Below, piece after piece: positions 16,880-26,053 of a stretch of 54,063 nt of DNA (position 1 is the first letter of the stretch; each line of letters begins with the position of its first letter). The stretch is from positions 1-54,063 of IMG/VR virus record IMGVR_UViG_3300033076_000675, one strand, 5' to 3'. Position numbers and translations under genes: made by a program. The DNA comes from a virus. Lineage: Duplodnaviria > Caudoviricetes. The notes under the pieces are model-generated. The model was not told the origin of the DNA, ran no database searches, and saw only the letters and a list, made by a program, of their open reading frames with translations.

Positions 16880-19473
16880 TGGCCGAAGTCGTCAAAATCG
16901 TTGTTAATCAAGCTCCACCTCCGGTTAAAACGGTGGTGGTAACTGAGCGCATTACCGAAACTGGCAGCGGTGGTGATGTGGTGGGGCCAGCCTCAGCGAC
17001 AAACAACAACTTTGTGTCTTTTAACGGCACTACGGGAAAGCTAATTAAAGACAGCGGATACGACGCCACAGACTTTGCGACAGCGGCCCAGGGCGCACTC
17101 GCTACATCGGCCTTGCAGCCGGGAGACAACATCTCGGAACTCGTCAACGACGTTCCATACGCCAGCGTAGGCTCTGCCCCAACGGTTCACGCGGATTCTC
17201 ACGTTACGGGAGGCTCTGACAAGATCCGAGACGCCACCGCCTCACAGGACGGCCTCATGACGGCAGCCTATGCGGCGACACTTGATAACCAAAGCGGCAC
17301 CAACACAGGCGACCAGAACATCTTTCAGACCATCGCGGTTGCGGGCCAGTCTAATGTGGTGGCTGATTCAACTTCGGATACGCTTACGCTTGTTGCGGGT
17401 GCAAACGTCACTATCACGACCGACGCCTCAACGGACACGATCACGATTGCGGCAACTGGCGGTAGTGGCTCCGGTGACGTTGTGGGGCCTGCAAGCTCGA
17501 CCGATAATGCGTTGGCTCGCTTCGATTCCACGACAGGCAAACTGATTCAGAACAGCACCGCAATTTTGGATGATGCCGGGGCACTTAGCCTTGATAACGG
17601 CACCCTCACAGCATCCTCGCCAATCCTTGATCTTGAGCAGACATGGAACAATGCGGGCGTCAACTTTAAGGGCATTGCCTTTTTGGTAAACGACACGGCT
17701 TTCAATACCTCGGATTCAAGGCTTTTTGAAATCAGCACCGCCAGTATGGGGCCGAGGTTTTGGATTCTAGCCACCAATGGGCACGTCAACGCCCCGCGCT
17801 TTGCTGCCGTAGGGACAAACTCATACCTTGATGCTAATTGCGTGGTTCAAGGCACGCATGTAGTCGAATCGGGATTCATCACCCTCAATGCGGCTCAAAA
17901 TGTCTGGATCAAGCGCGGCACAGGCAGCCCCGAAGGCGTAGAAACGGCCAATGTGGGCAGTATCTTTATTCGCACAGATGGCGGCACTAATACAGCGGCT
18001 TACCTGAAAGAATCCGGCACGGGCAATACAGGCTGGGTAGCGATTGGTAATGGTAATGTTATCGGCCCCGCATCCGCGACCGACAACGCCTTAGCGCGGT
18101 TTGACTCAACAACCGGGAAGCTGATCCAAAATAGCACTGTTATTTTGTCAGATGCAGGCGATTTATCTGCCGTCAATAGCATTGATTTTACACCCATCTC
18201 GGCCCCGGCTCACAACGAAGGTTTGCTCTATTACGACACCGACCGCAAAGCATTGTCGTATTACAACAATGAGCCGGATGTCAGCATGCAAATCGGTTTT
18301 GAGACTTGGGTTCAAGTCAGAAACTCGACTGGCTCAACAATCACGAACGGTCAGGTAGTCTATCTCAGTGGAGCCACCGGACAACGCCCTAATGCGATCC
18401 TGGCTCAAGCAAACACGCTGCCGACTTCCCGCGTCATCGGGATGGCGACGCACGACATTGAAAACAATTCGGACGGCATTGTTACTGTATTCGGCACTGT
18501 TCGCGACCTTGATACGAGCGCATTTACGGACGGGCAAATTCTGTATCTATCTGCAACGACACCGGGCGCAGTCACGGCAACGGCTCCAATGGCCCCTAAT
18601 TTGACGGTTCAGATCGGGGTTGTTCAGCATGCCCACGTCACGCAAGGAACCATTCTCATTCACCCCGAGACAGACTCAGTGGATGCAGATTCGATTTACA
18701 ACGGCACCGCTGCCGCCCGTGCGCTTATCAAAGCCCTGGATTCATCCACGGGTATAGTAACGCAAACAGGCGCGACCACGTTCACGAAACGCACCTTAAC
18801 AGGCACCACGAATGAAATCACGGTAACGAATGGAGACGGTGTTTCAGGAGCACCAACGATCTCGCTTCCGACGGACATTGACCTTAGCGGTAAATCCTCG
18901 CTAGCTATCCCGGTTTCAGCCACTCCCACAGTTAACGCCAATGGGGAGATTGCGCTTGATACGACTGTCACAGATTGGTCGCACGGCATTCTGAAATACT
19001 ACGGCGGCGAGGAGCTTGGAACAGTCGCCATGCCGATTGCGCAGTTCACAAGCCCGGTGAATGGGCGCGTGCCGACATACGACAGCATTGCGGATGAATT
19101 TCAGCTAAAAGCCCTACCTGTTGAACTAATGTTCGCGGTTTCCGATGAGGCAACGGCACTCACGACCGGGACAGCCAAGCTTACGTTCAGGATGCCTTAC
19201 GCCATGACGCTAACGAGCGTGCGGGCAAGCGTGGGGACGGCTCCAACTGGCTCAACGCTGATTGTGGACATCAACGAAAGCGGTTCAACGATTCTTAGCA
19301 CCAAGCTATCAATTGACGCTGGCGAGAAAACGAGCACCACGGCTGCAACGCCTCCCGTTATCTCGGATTCTGCGCTGGCCGATGACGCAGAAATCACCAT
19401 CGACATCGACCAAATCGGCTCAACCATCGCGGGAGCGGGCTTGAAGGTAACACTACTTGGAACTCGCGCATGA
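16879..19473 (+). CDS. tail fibre protein
   Basis: T/S/G-rich mosaic; three GDVVGPASxTDN..FDSTTGKLI repeats; GSPEGVETANVGSIFIRTDGG motif. Confidence 0.8.
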   Translation: MAEVVKIVVNQAPPPVKTVVVTERITETGSGGDVVGPASATNNNFVSFNGTTGKLIKDSGYDATDFATAAQGALATSALQPGDNISELVNDVPYASVGSAPTVHADSHVTGGSDKIRDATASQDGLMTAAYAATLDNQSGTNTGDQNIFQTIAVAGQSNVVADSTSDTLTLVAGANVTITTDASTDTITIAATGGSGSGDVVGPASSTDNALARFDSTTGKLIQNSTAILDDAGALSLDNGTLTASSPILDLEQTWNNAGVNFKGIAFLVNDTAFNTSDSRLFEISTASMGPRFWILATNGHVNAPRFAAVGTNSYLDANCVVQGTHVVESGFITLNAAQNVWIKRGTGSPEGVETANVGSIFIRTDGGTNTAAYLKESGTGNTGWVAIGNGNVIGPASATDNALARFDSTTGKLIQNSTVILSDAGDLSAVNSIDFTPISAPAHNEGLLYYDTDRKALSYYNNEPDVSMQIGFETWVQVRNSTGSTITNGQVVYLSGATGQRPNAILAQANTLPTSRVIGMATHDIENNSDGIVTVFGTVRDLDTSAFTDGQILYLSATTPGAVTATAPMAPNLTVQIGVVQHAHVTQGTILIHPETDSVDADSIYNGTAAARALIKALDSSTGIVTQTGATTFTKRTLTGTTNEITVTNGDGVSGAPTISLPTDIDLSGKSSLAIPVSATPTVNANGEIALDTTVTDWSHGILKYYGGEELGTVAMPIAQFTSPVNGRVPTYDSIADEFQLKALPVELMFAVSDEATALTTGTAKLTFRMPYAMTLTSVRASVGTAPTGSTLIVDINESGSTILSTKLSIDAGEKTSTTAATPPVISDSALADDAEITIDIDQIGSTIAGAGLKVTLLGTRA

Positions 19474-20327
19474 ACCTCGTAAATCCATTTCGATTTGGAG
19501 CGGGCGGCGGGGCATATTCTGCCACGGGAGGAACCATCACGACCGATGGCGCGTTTACGATTCACACCTTTACGGCAGACGGCACATTTGCTATCACGGG
19601 CACAATCCCCTCAGTGAGTTATTTGGTTGTGGGGCAGGGCGGCGGAGGCGGCTACACGGTCGCGAACGGATACAGTGCAGGTGGTGGCGGTGGTGGCGAA
19701 GTCCTGACGGGCACACTCTCAAACCTCACGGGCAGTATTTCGGTTCAGGTAGGCAACTCCGCAGGTGCAGGTGGAACCGTCGGTAGCCAGCAAGGCGGCA
19801 ACGGGGAGGACTCCATCTTTTCGACCGTCACAGCTAACGGGGGCGGCGGCGGCGCACGCGGCCCTTCTGCAACATCGGTAGCTGGCAGCAATGGCGGAAA
19901 CGGCGGCGGCGGATCTTCCGGCACTACTTCCGGGGCAGGCGGCACAGGCGACCAATTCAACGGCGGGGCAGGCCAAGGCAATACCTCACCCTTTCGCGGT
20001 GGTGGCGGCGGCGGCGCATCGGCAGCAGGCGCAACAGGTTCAGCTTCCGGCAATGGTGGCGCAGGACTTGCCTCTAGCATATCTGGATCATCCGTCACTT
20101 ACGGCGGTGGTGGAGGTGGGGGCGCGTTCGGGACAGGCACACCAGGAGCCGGAGGAGCTGGCGGAGGCGGTGCAGGCGGCAACAACGGCACCACAGTTCC
20201 CTTCACAAACCCCACGGCGGGCACTCCTAACACGGGCGGCGGGGGTGGTGGTGGCGGAGCCTTTAACGCAGCCCAAAACGGAGCCGCTGGCGGTTCTGGC
20301 ATTGTCATTGTAAGATACCTCACATGA
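19470..20327 (+). CDS. glycine-rich virion/tail protein
   Basis: ATGGTIT...IHTFT...polyG runs...GGSGIVIVRY family pattern. Confidence 0.75.
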   Translation: MNLVNPFRFGAGGGAYSATGGTITTDGAFTIHTFTADGTFAITGTIPSVSYLVVGQGGGGGYTVANGYSAGGGGGGEVLTGTLSNLTGSISVQVGNSAGAGGTVGSQQGGNGEDSIFSTVTANGGGGGARGPSATSVAGSNGGNGGGGSSGTTSGAGGTGDQFNGGAGQGNTSPFRGGGGGGASAAGATGSASGNGGAGLASSISGSSVTYGGGGGGGAFGTGTPGAGGAGGGGAGGNNGTTVPFTNPTAGTPNTGGGGGGGGAFNAAQNGAAGGSGIVIVRYLT

Positions 20328-20824
20328 AAATCCTTTACGACACAGACACCGAGACTTTCGTCCGTTACCCGCGCAACGATGACGAGGATGTTGTCGGTCT
20401 TGATCCGCGCTACATCCCCTATCAGGTCATTATGGAAGATGAACCGGATTACAACCCTGAAACACACTTCCTATCCTCCCATGACACGCCAAACCACGGC
20501 GAGCACACGCTAACTCGCGGATGGACCGTGAATCCGTTGGCAGAGCCAGACCCAGGAGGCCCAGGGGTTCCAGCCCGCGTTACTCCAAAGCAGTTGCAGC
20601 TTTGGTTGCTCACTCACTCCAACGAAAATGGCAATTTTCTTGAGCAGGTGAACAAGCTCATCAACGCAGGTCCGGACGGCATCGAAAAGGACGCCCGCAG
20701 AATTGAGTTTGATAAAGCTCTCTACTTTGAACGCACGCACCCGCTTACGATTCAGATTGCCTTTGGATTAGGTTTGAGTGATAGTGAAATTGATACTGCA
20801 TTTGCAGAAGCGTCTTTACTTTAA
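20324..20824 (+). CDS. tail-fibre-associated/assembly protein
   Basis: VTPKQLQLWL...FERTHPL...LGLSDSEIDTAF C-terminal module typical next to fibres. Confidence 0.6.
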   Translation: MKILYDTDTETFVRYPRNDDEDVVGLDPRYIPYQVIMEDEPDYNPETHFLSSHDTPNHGEHTLTRGWTVNPLAEPDPGGPGVPARVTPKQLQLWLLTHSNENGNFLEQVNKLINAGPDGIEKDARRIEFDKALYFERTHPLTIQIAFGLGLSDSEIDTAFAEASLL

Positions 20825-20832
20825 TTCACGCC

Positions 20833-21363
20833 ATGTCTGACTCCGATTCATGCTTTCCACACGCCACTAATTCAACAATGGCGGGCTGCACTAAAGGCAC
20901 GTTGAAGTCCTTGGTTGGCATGGATCTAAAAGCCGATGCAGCTACGCTCGCGCAAGAGGTCATTGACCGGGCAAATGCCGACATTGCGCTTGCGACTGCC
21001 ATCACCTCAAAGGCGGATGCGGCTCACACGCACTCAAACGCCACCACTTCAACGCCCGGCTTTCAATCGGCAGCGGATAAGCTCAAGCTCGACGGCCTCT
21101 CAAGCAAAAGGCGCGAAACCTTTTCAGGCACCACAAACGCAAGTGGCGTTTACTCGGTCACTTTCTCGCCCGCCTACCCTGCCGCTCCCAACATCCAAGC
21201 CAACATCATTGGCGCTACGGACACGCAGAACATCCGCATTACAGCCATTAGCTCAACGGGTTTCACGGTAACGGTTAGAAACCGCGTGGATGTGGTGGGC
21301 CTGCTTCCAAGCTGGCAGAATGTCAATGGTGCAGCCGTGGACGTATCCGTAATCGAGAAATGA
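20833..21363 (+). CDS. short tail-fibre-like protein
   Basis: KADAAHTH..ATTSTPGFQSAADKLKLDG fibre motif and H-type-lectin-like C-terminus. Confidence 0.6.
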   Translation: MSDSDSCFPHATNSTMAGCTKGTLKSLVGMDLKADAATLAQEVIDRANADIALATAITSKADAAHTHSNATTSTPGFQSAADKLKLDGLSSKRRETFSGTTNASGVYSVTFSPAYPAAPNIQANIIGATDTQNIRITAISSTGFTVTVRNRVDVVGLLPSWQNVNGAAVDVSVIEK

Positions 21364-21364
21364 C

Positions 21365-21826
21365 ATGGCCACTCATTCACCAGAACCTAACGGCGAACTT
21401 CGCAAGCAGTCAAAGACGCAGACAATCCTGTCTATCATAACAGGTGTTGCGTCTATCGTGGTTCTTCCGCTGATGGGTCTTGTCTGGAATCAGACAATGG
21501 AGCTTCGGGTGAACTCGGATGCGATTAAAGGAACTCAGGCCAAGATTGACCAGCTTCAACAAGCGTTGGTGACAATTCACAATCAAGCCGACGAAAACAA
21601 GGGTGTTATTTCCGCACTGCGGGAAACAATGGCGGCTGACAAAGCAAAGCGGGATGCAGAGCTAACTGAGCAAGAGACACAGTTTGCTAGCACGGAGAAC
21701 AAGCTAAATTCATGGATGGCAGAACAGCACCGAATGAATGCTATCATGTGGGGCCAGCACAAAGTTTTAGGAGACTACCCTTCCGGCCCATTCTTTTTCT
21801 CCAATATTAGCCAGCACAACCGATAA
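21365..21826 (+). CDS. membrane-anchored coiled-coil protein (lysis module candidate)
   Basis: Single N-terminal TM helix followed by coiled coil. Confidence 0.5.
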   Translation: MATHSPEPNGELRKQSKTQTILSIITGVASIVVLPLMGLVWNQTMELRVNSDAIKGTQAKIDQLQQALVTIHNQADENKGVISALRETMAADKAKRDAELTEQETQFASTENKLNSWMAEQHRMNAIMWGQHKVLGDYPSGPFFFSNISQHNR

Positions 21827-21829
21827 ACA

Positions 21830-22228
21830 ATGAGTCTCCCATTTCTCCACATTGAAGCCCCTTTATATGTCGCGTGGTGCATTTTGGGTAGCGTTGTTTC
21901 ATCCATCCCTGTTGGCATTGGCGTTTTTAGGGCCATGCTTGGGCAACTGCCGGACCCTAATGTTACGGGATCATGGAGCTTTTACGGAGTGCTGATTGCA
22001 GCCATCATTGTTTTATTTTCATGTGGCATTGTCTTTATCCGGTGGTTTTTCAGTTTTTGGCTGAAAAAACAGGAAGATATGAACGATAAAACCGTTCAGG
22101 CAATGCTGGCGATGGCTAAAGCTCTCGACAAAAACACCGACGTTACCAACAAGCAAAACGATTGGTTCGATAAATTCGCCCAGGAAGGGCTTCGTGAACA
22201 TCTTGGGTTTCCTAAAAAACTGCCATGA
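21830..22228 (+). CDS. membrane protein, holin candidate
   Basis: Two hydrophobic helices and charged C-terminus, near endolysin. Confidence 0.45.
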   Translation: MSLPFLHIEAPLYVAWCILGSVVSSIPVGIGVFRAMLGQLPDPNVTGSWSFYGVLIAAIIVLFSCGIVFIRWFFSFWLKKQEDMNDKTVQAMLAMAKALDKNTDVTNKQNDWFDKFAQEGLREHLGFPKKLP

Positions 22229-22707
22229 ACGACGAATATCCAGACATCCGCCCCGTTTCTGATGCTGACGCGAGCTTGCTGCCGTGGTCTAAAGGGCCTG
22301 TTTGGAAGCTTTACAAGCCGTGGCCGTTTGCATTTCGAGATGAGAACGGGCGCGACTGGCATTTCACCATCCCAGCTGGATTTTTGTTTGATGGTCAAAG
22401 CGTGCCTAGCATTTTTCATGCGTGGCCTTTGCGCTACGGACCTTCCGGCGTTGGCATGAGGGCCGGGCTTTGCCATGATTGGCTCTGTGAAATCTACAAC
22501 TGGCGTTCGGAATGGGTCATGAAAGCGTTTAACGGCATTCGTCCTGATTGCCCGTCGCCTCAAGCCATTCATCAAGTCTATTACGACATCCAGATGGAAG
22601 ATGGGCAGCGACCACGCAAGGCTAAAGCGATGTGGCTTGCCGTGCGTCTATTCGGCCCTGGCGGACTATTGCGCCCTTCGACAATCTGGAAAGGCATTAT
22701 CTCATGA
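22225..22707 (+). CDS. DUF1353-like protein
   Basis: IPAGFLFDGQSVP...AGLCHDWLC...MWLAVRLFG. Confidence 0.8.
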   Translation: MNDEYPDIRPVSDADASLLPWSKGPVWKLYKPWPFAFRDENGRDWHFTIPAGFLFDGQSVPSIFHAWPLRYGPSGVGMRAGLCHDWLCEIYNWRSEWVMKAFNGIRPDCPSPQAIHQVYYDIQMEDGQRPRKAKAMWLAVRLFGPGGLLRPSTIWKGIIS

Positions 22708-22793
22708 GCGGCTACCTTCTAGCACTTCTCGTCACCTGCGCCCTTGTCCTTGTTGTCGTGGGCGTTTTCTACATCGTCAATCCAAAGGGTTGA
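22704..22793 (+). CDS. 29-aa single-TM peptide
   Basis: MSGYLLALLVTCALVLVVVGVFYIVNPKG, ATGA-coupled; below ORF-track cutoff. Confidence 0.55.
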   Translation: MSGYLLALLVTCALVLVVVGVFYIVNPKG

Positions 22794-22817
22794 CATCTCT
22801 GCGCAAGTCGTTAGGCT
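22790..22817 (+). promoter_or_regulatory. putative promoter for 22854 gene
   Basis: TTGACA-N16-TAGGCT. Confidence 0.5.
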
Positions 22818-22853
22818 CGCGGTGCTAGGAAACAACGAATACACGACGACATT

Positions 22854-23201
22854 ATGACTCTATCACCTTGGCTCATTTACATTTGGGGCATCTCTGACTC
22901 TATTAAAGAGGCCGCTCATTTCTTTTCTTTCGCATCTGGCATTGTTGCGGTTATTTGCACATTTATCTATCTTTATTGCAAATATGATAAGGATGAGCAT
23001 GGCGCAAAAATTCTGCCATTTAAGACTGTGTGGGTGATATTTTTAGCTTCATTGTTTTTTAACGTAGCATGGCCATCATCCAAAACTATTGCCGTAATGG
23101 TCGTTGCTCCAGCCATCGTCAACAGCGAGCCGATCCAAAAGGATTTGCCGGAACTCTACAAAGCCGCAAAAGACGCGCTTATGTCCACTTTTACAAAATA
23201 A
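22854..23201 (+). CDS. AT-rich membrane protein (moron-like)
   Basis: Two to three hydrophobic segments and PSSKTIAVM motif; own promoter. Confidence 0.65.
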   Translation: MTLSPWLIYIWGISDSIKEAAHFFSFASGIVAVICTFIYLYCKYDKDEHGAKILPFKTVWVIFLASLFFNVAWPSSKTIAVMVVAPAIVNSEPIQKDLPELYKAAKDALMSTFTK

Positions 23202-23204
23202 CCC

Positions 23205-24104
23205 ATGAAACTCTCTCTACTCCGCCAAGGCTCCACGGGCCTTGAAGTCGTCACCGCGCAAAACGCGCTTACAAAAGCAGGCTTTTACGTCGTCGCAGAC
23301 GGCAGCTTTGGGCCGCTAACAAAAACCGCAGTTCAGCTTTTCCAACAGTCTAAAGGGCTGGTAGATGACGGTATTATTGGCGATGACACATGGAAAGCAT
23401 TGCTTGAAGTGCCCGCGCCTGTAAAGCCTCAAGCCGTTACAGCCATCGGAGGCGGCAAGGTGCAGCAAATCGCAAATACGCCTGCGCCTAAGCCCGCAAA
23501 GCCCGCTCCAACTACCGAGAAATCCTCGGCAGTTGCCGATTCAAAGCTGATTCAAAACCACTGGTTTGCATCGGCCATTCGTGAGCCTATTGAAGGCGGT
23601 TCTGATCTAGTCCCGCTGTTCCTTGTGATTCACTTCACGGCTGGCGCAACGGCAAAGTCATCTATTGAATTTTGGCGCACTCCAGCCGCTAAAGGTGCAA
23701 GTGCTCAGATAGTGATTGATCGCGACGGAACTATTTACCAGTGCCGTCCGTTTAACAAAACCTGCGGACATGCTGGGAAATCCACATGGAAGGGCCATAA
23801 CGGCCTGAATGATTGCTCAATCGGCATCGAGCTTGCCAACGCTGGCGACGATGAAAAATTAGCCGCTCGTTACACCGCGCTGCCGCTTGTTGAGGCCAAG
23901 CATAAAAACGGAGGCCCTGTCACAAAATGGGAGGCTTATACAGAGGCGCAGTTGAAATCTTTGGAAATCTTGGCTAAAGCTTTAGTGAAGGAATACGGCA
24001 TTACGGAGATTGTTGGCCATGATGACATTGCGCCAAAACGCAAAAATGATCCAGGCCCAGCTTTTTCAATGGACGAATTTCGCAAGACTGTTTTTGACGC
24101 ATGA
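23205..24104 (+). CDS. endolysin: N-acetylmuramoyl-L-alanine amidase (Amidase_2) with N-terminal peptidoglycan-binding domain
   Basis: LRQGSTG..DGSFGPLT..FQ..GLVDDGIIG PG-binding domain; VIHFTAG, HAG, SIGIE, GHDDIAPKRKNDPG. Confidence 0.9.
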   Translation: MKLSLLRQGSTGLEVVTAQNALTKAGFYVVADGSFGPLTKTAVQLFQQSKGLVDDGIIGDDTWKALLEVPAPVKPQAVTAIGGGKVQQIANTPAPKPAKPAPTTEKSSAVADSKLIQNHWFASAIREPIEGGSDLVPLFLVIHFTAGATAKSSIEFWRTPAAKGASAQIVIDRDGTIYQCRPFNKTCGHAGKSTWKGHNGLNDCSIGIELANAGDDEKLAARYTALPLVEAKHKNGGPVTKWEAYTEAQLKSLEILAKALVKEYGITEIVGHDDIAPKRKNDPGPAFSMDEFRKTVFDA

Positions 24105-25351
24105 TTAACGAACCCTATCCGCTACTTCACAACTGCGCTATTAGCATGACTGAGCGCATTAAGCAGGCGTTTTCATGGATTCGTGAGCCTGATAAATGCC
24201 CGGTAGCGGATCAGGGGCCAGCGTCTGCGAAATGCTATCTTATCTATCGTGCCGTGGATGGGCTGCTATCCAGCGACGAGGAAGCAGAAGTGCTGAATGC
24301 ACCGATTCCGCTTGTGAAGGATCGCGGCCTAGCATCCCGATGGGAAATGAGCATTGCCACCGCAGAGGCGTATTTGCTCATGAATCGCTTCATTGACGAC
24401 GAATACAGAATCGCCGCCATCAAGAAAGCGCTCAAGATTTGGGACACTTCGACCCGTAAAGACTGGCCTCCTCAAATCCTTAACTTTTTGAGATTAAGTC
24501 TCATCTTGTCTTATTGGCAATATTTGCGCGGCAACAAGGCGGAGGCAATGCGCTTGATTGAGAATGCCTTTCTCGACTGGCAGGCGCACATGGCGTTGCT
24601 TGATTGGAAGCGTTGGCCGCATCGGATGACCGAAGCTCGCGACGACATCTTGCATTTGCAAAGCATGGTCTTTATCGCCCGCGCTTTAGGTGAAGCGAAG
24701 TTTAGCGATTACGAGTGGTGTAATCCAGAAGGTCTATGGCCTATTCCACACGTCACAAGTTGCCCTATGTATGCCATCGTTCGGCGCATGAGCTTGTTAC
24801 ATCGGCCAGACGGCAACGGCGTCATTTGGCAGTATCGGCCTAAGCTGGGCAGTAAAGTGAGCGAATACGCCAAGTTGCACGCATCCAAGCCATACGGCCA
24901 AGGCGGCATGTCTGAATTGCTGCGAACAAAGATGGCCTCGTTTGTGTCCGATGACACTATCACCAGTGCCATTGACTACGGATGCGGCAGATCGAATGAC
25001 GCTCATAACCTGTGGCCATCGGCTGAGGTGGTGAAGTATGACCCGGCTTTGCCTGACCTTTGCAAGTTTCCACGTCGTCACTTTGACATTGGTCTATGCA
25101 CAGAGGTGATGGAGCACATTCCGCTTGAAGAGATTGATAACGTCATTTGGGAAATGAAATGCCTCTCTCGTCGCTGGCTTTGCACTATTCATACCGCTCC
25201 CGCTGCTCAGATCCTTTCCACGGGCGAGAACGCTCATTGCCTGCAACGTCCTGCTGCATGGTGGAAGGAACGCTTTGAGCGCATCTTTGGGCCTTTCGTC
25301 ACCACCGAATCAATCGGCCCGCATCGGTTTATCCTTGCCGTTAAATCATGA
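24101..25351 (+). CDS. class I SAM-dependent methyltransferase with helical N-terminal domain
   Basis: IDYGCGRS, YDPA, CTEVMEHIP, GENAH...WW motifs. Confidence 0.75.
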   Translation: MINEPYPLLHNCAISMTERIKQAFSWIREPDKCPVADQGPASAKCYLIYRAVDGLLSSDEEAEVLNAPIPLVKDRGLASRWEMSIATAEAYLLMNRFIDDEYRIAAIKKALKIWDTSTRKDWPPQILNFLRLSLILSYWQYLRGNKAEAMRLIENAFLDWQAHMALLDWKRWPHRMTEARDDILHLQSMVFIARALGEAKFSDYEWCNPEGLWPIPHVTSCPMYAIVRRMSLLHRPDGNGVIWQYRPKLGSKVSEYAKLHASKPYGQGGMSELLRTKMASFVSDDTITSAIDYGCGRSNDAHNLWPSAEVVKYDPALPDLCKFPRRHFDIGLCTEVMEHIPLEEIDNVIWEMKCLSRRWLCTIHTAPAAQILSTGENAHCLQRPAAWWKERFERIFGPFVTTESIGPHRFILAVKS

Positions 25352-26010
25352 TTTCCGACATTTTGGGCATAACCCTTGCAAGTCCTGGCTATTTTGAGCT
25401 TGCTCATGAGGCAGCGCGACGATTCCGCAAATACACGGGATGCGATTGCCTTGTCATTACCACGGATAGGCCGGACAGTTACGACGCCAAGCTCGCCCTC
25501 CCGAATTTAGGAGATAGGACGCTTTGCTTTTTTGACGCTGATTTGTGGTTTATTCGGCAAGTGGATCTTGAGCCGTTTCGCCAGATTAACGGAGTGGCCG
25601 CAGTCCGTGAAGTAGGGCGGCATTTACCGCACTCATTCTGCATCCATGATTGTTCCGTGTTAGATGCGCCGATGGATAGGCATGTGAATGCAGGGCTGAT
25701 GATTATCAATCCTCGCGTGCAACCTGTTAAATCTGCTTTTGAAATAGCATCTCAAATACTGGCGGATTCAAAGGCTGGCGTAAACATTCTCAAAGACTAT
25801 GGCGAGCAGTCTGCCCTTAACGCCGGATTCCATAGAGCAGGCGTGGAGATGACGTTTCTTGATGATGCTTGGAACTTTTGGCCTAAAGCGTGGACGTGGG
25901 GTTGCTATGATGCCCTGCCTGTTAAACCATTTGCTATTCATGCCGCAGGCGTAAAACTTCACGAAAAGGCTCAGTTTTTGAAAGATCAGTGCAAAGTATG
26001 GGAATTTTGA
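25348..26010 (+). CDS. glycosyltransferase (GT-A fold, GT8-like)
   Basis: FFDADLW DxD motif, VNAGLMII, EQSALN, WN, IHAAG. Confidence 0.75.
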   Translation: MISDILGITLASPGYFELAHEAARRFRKYTGCDCLVITTDRPDSYDAKLALPNLGDRTLCFFDADLWFIRQVDLEPFRQINGVAAVREVGRHLPHSFCIHDCSVLDAPMDRHVNAGLMIINPRVQPVKSAFEIASQILADSKAGVNILKDYGEQSALNAGFHRAGVEMTFLDDAWNFWPKAWTWGCYDALPVKPFAIHAAGVKLHEKAQFLKDQCKVWEF

Positions 26011-26053
26011 TTCTTGACTTTGCTGCACAAAGCCCACAAACTACAACACGACT

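Noticed and set aside
19640-20300. GGC-rich tandem repeats as a non-coding repeat element
   Set aside because: Explained by polyglycine coding.
16879-21363. Diversity-generating retroelement or invertible tail-fibre cassette
   Set aside because: No reverse transcriptase or invertase in the window; fibre repeats differ at synonymous sites rather than specifically at adenines.
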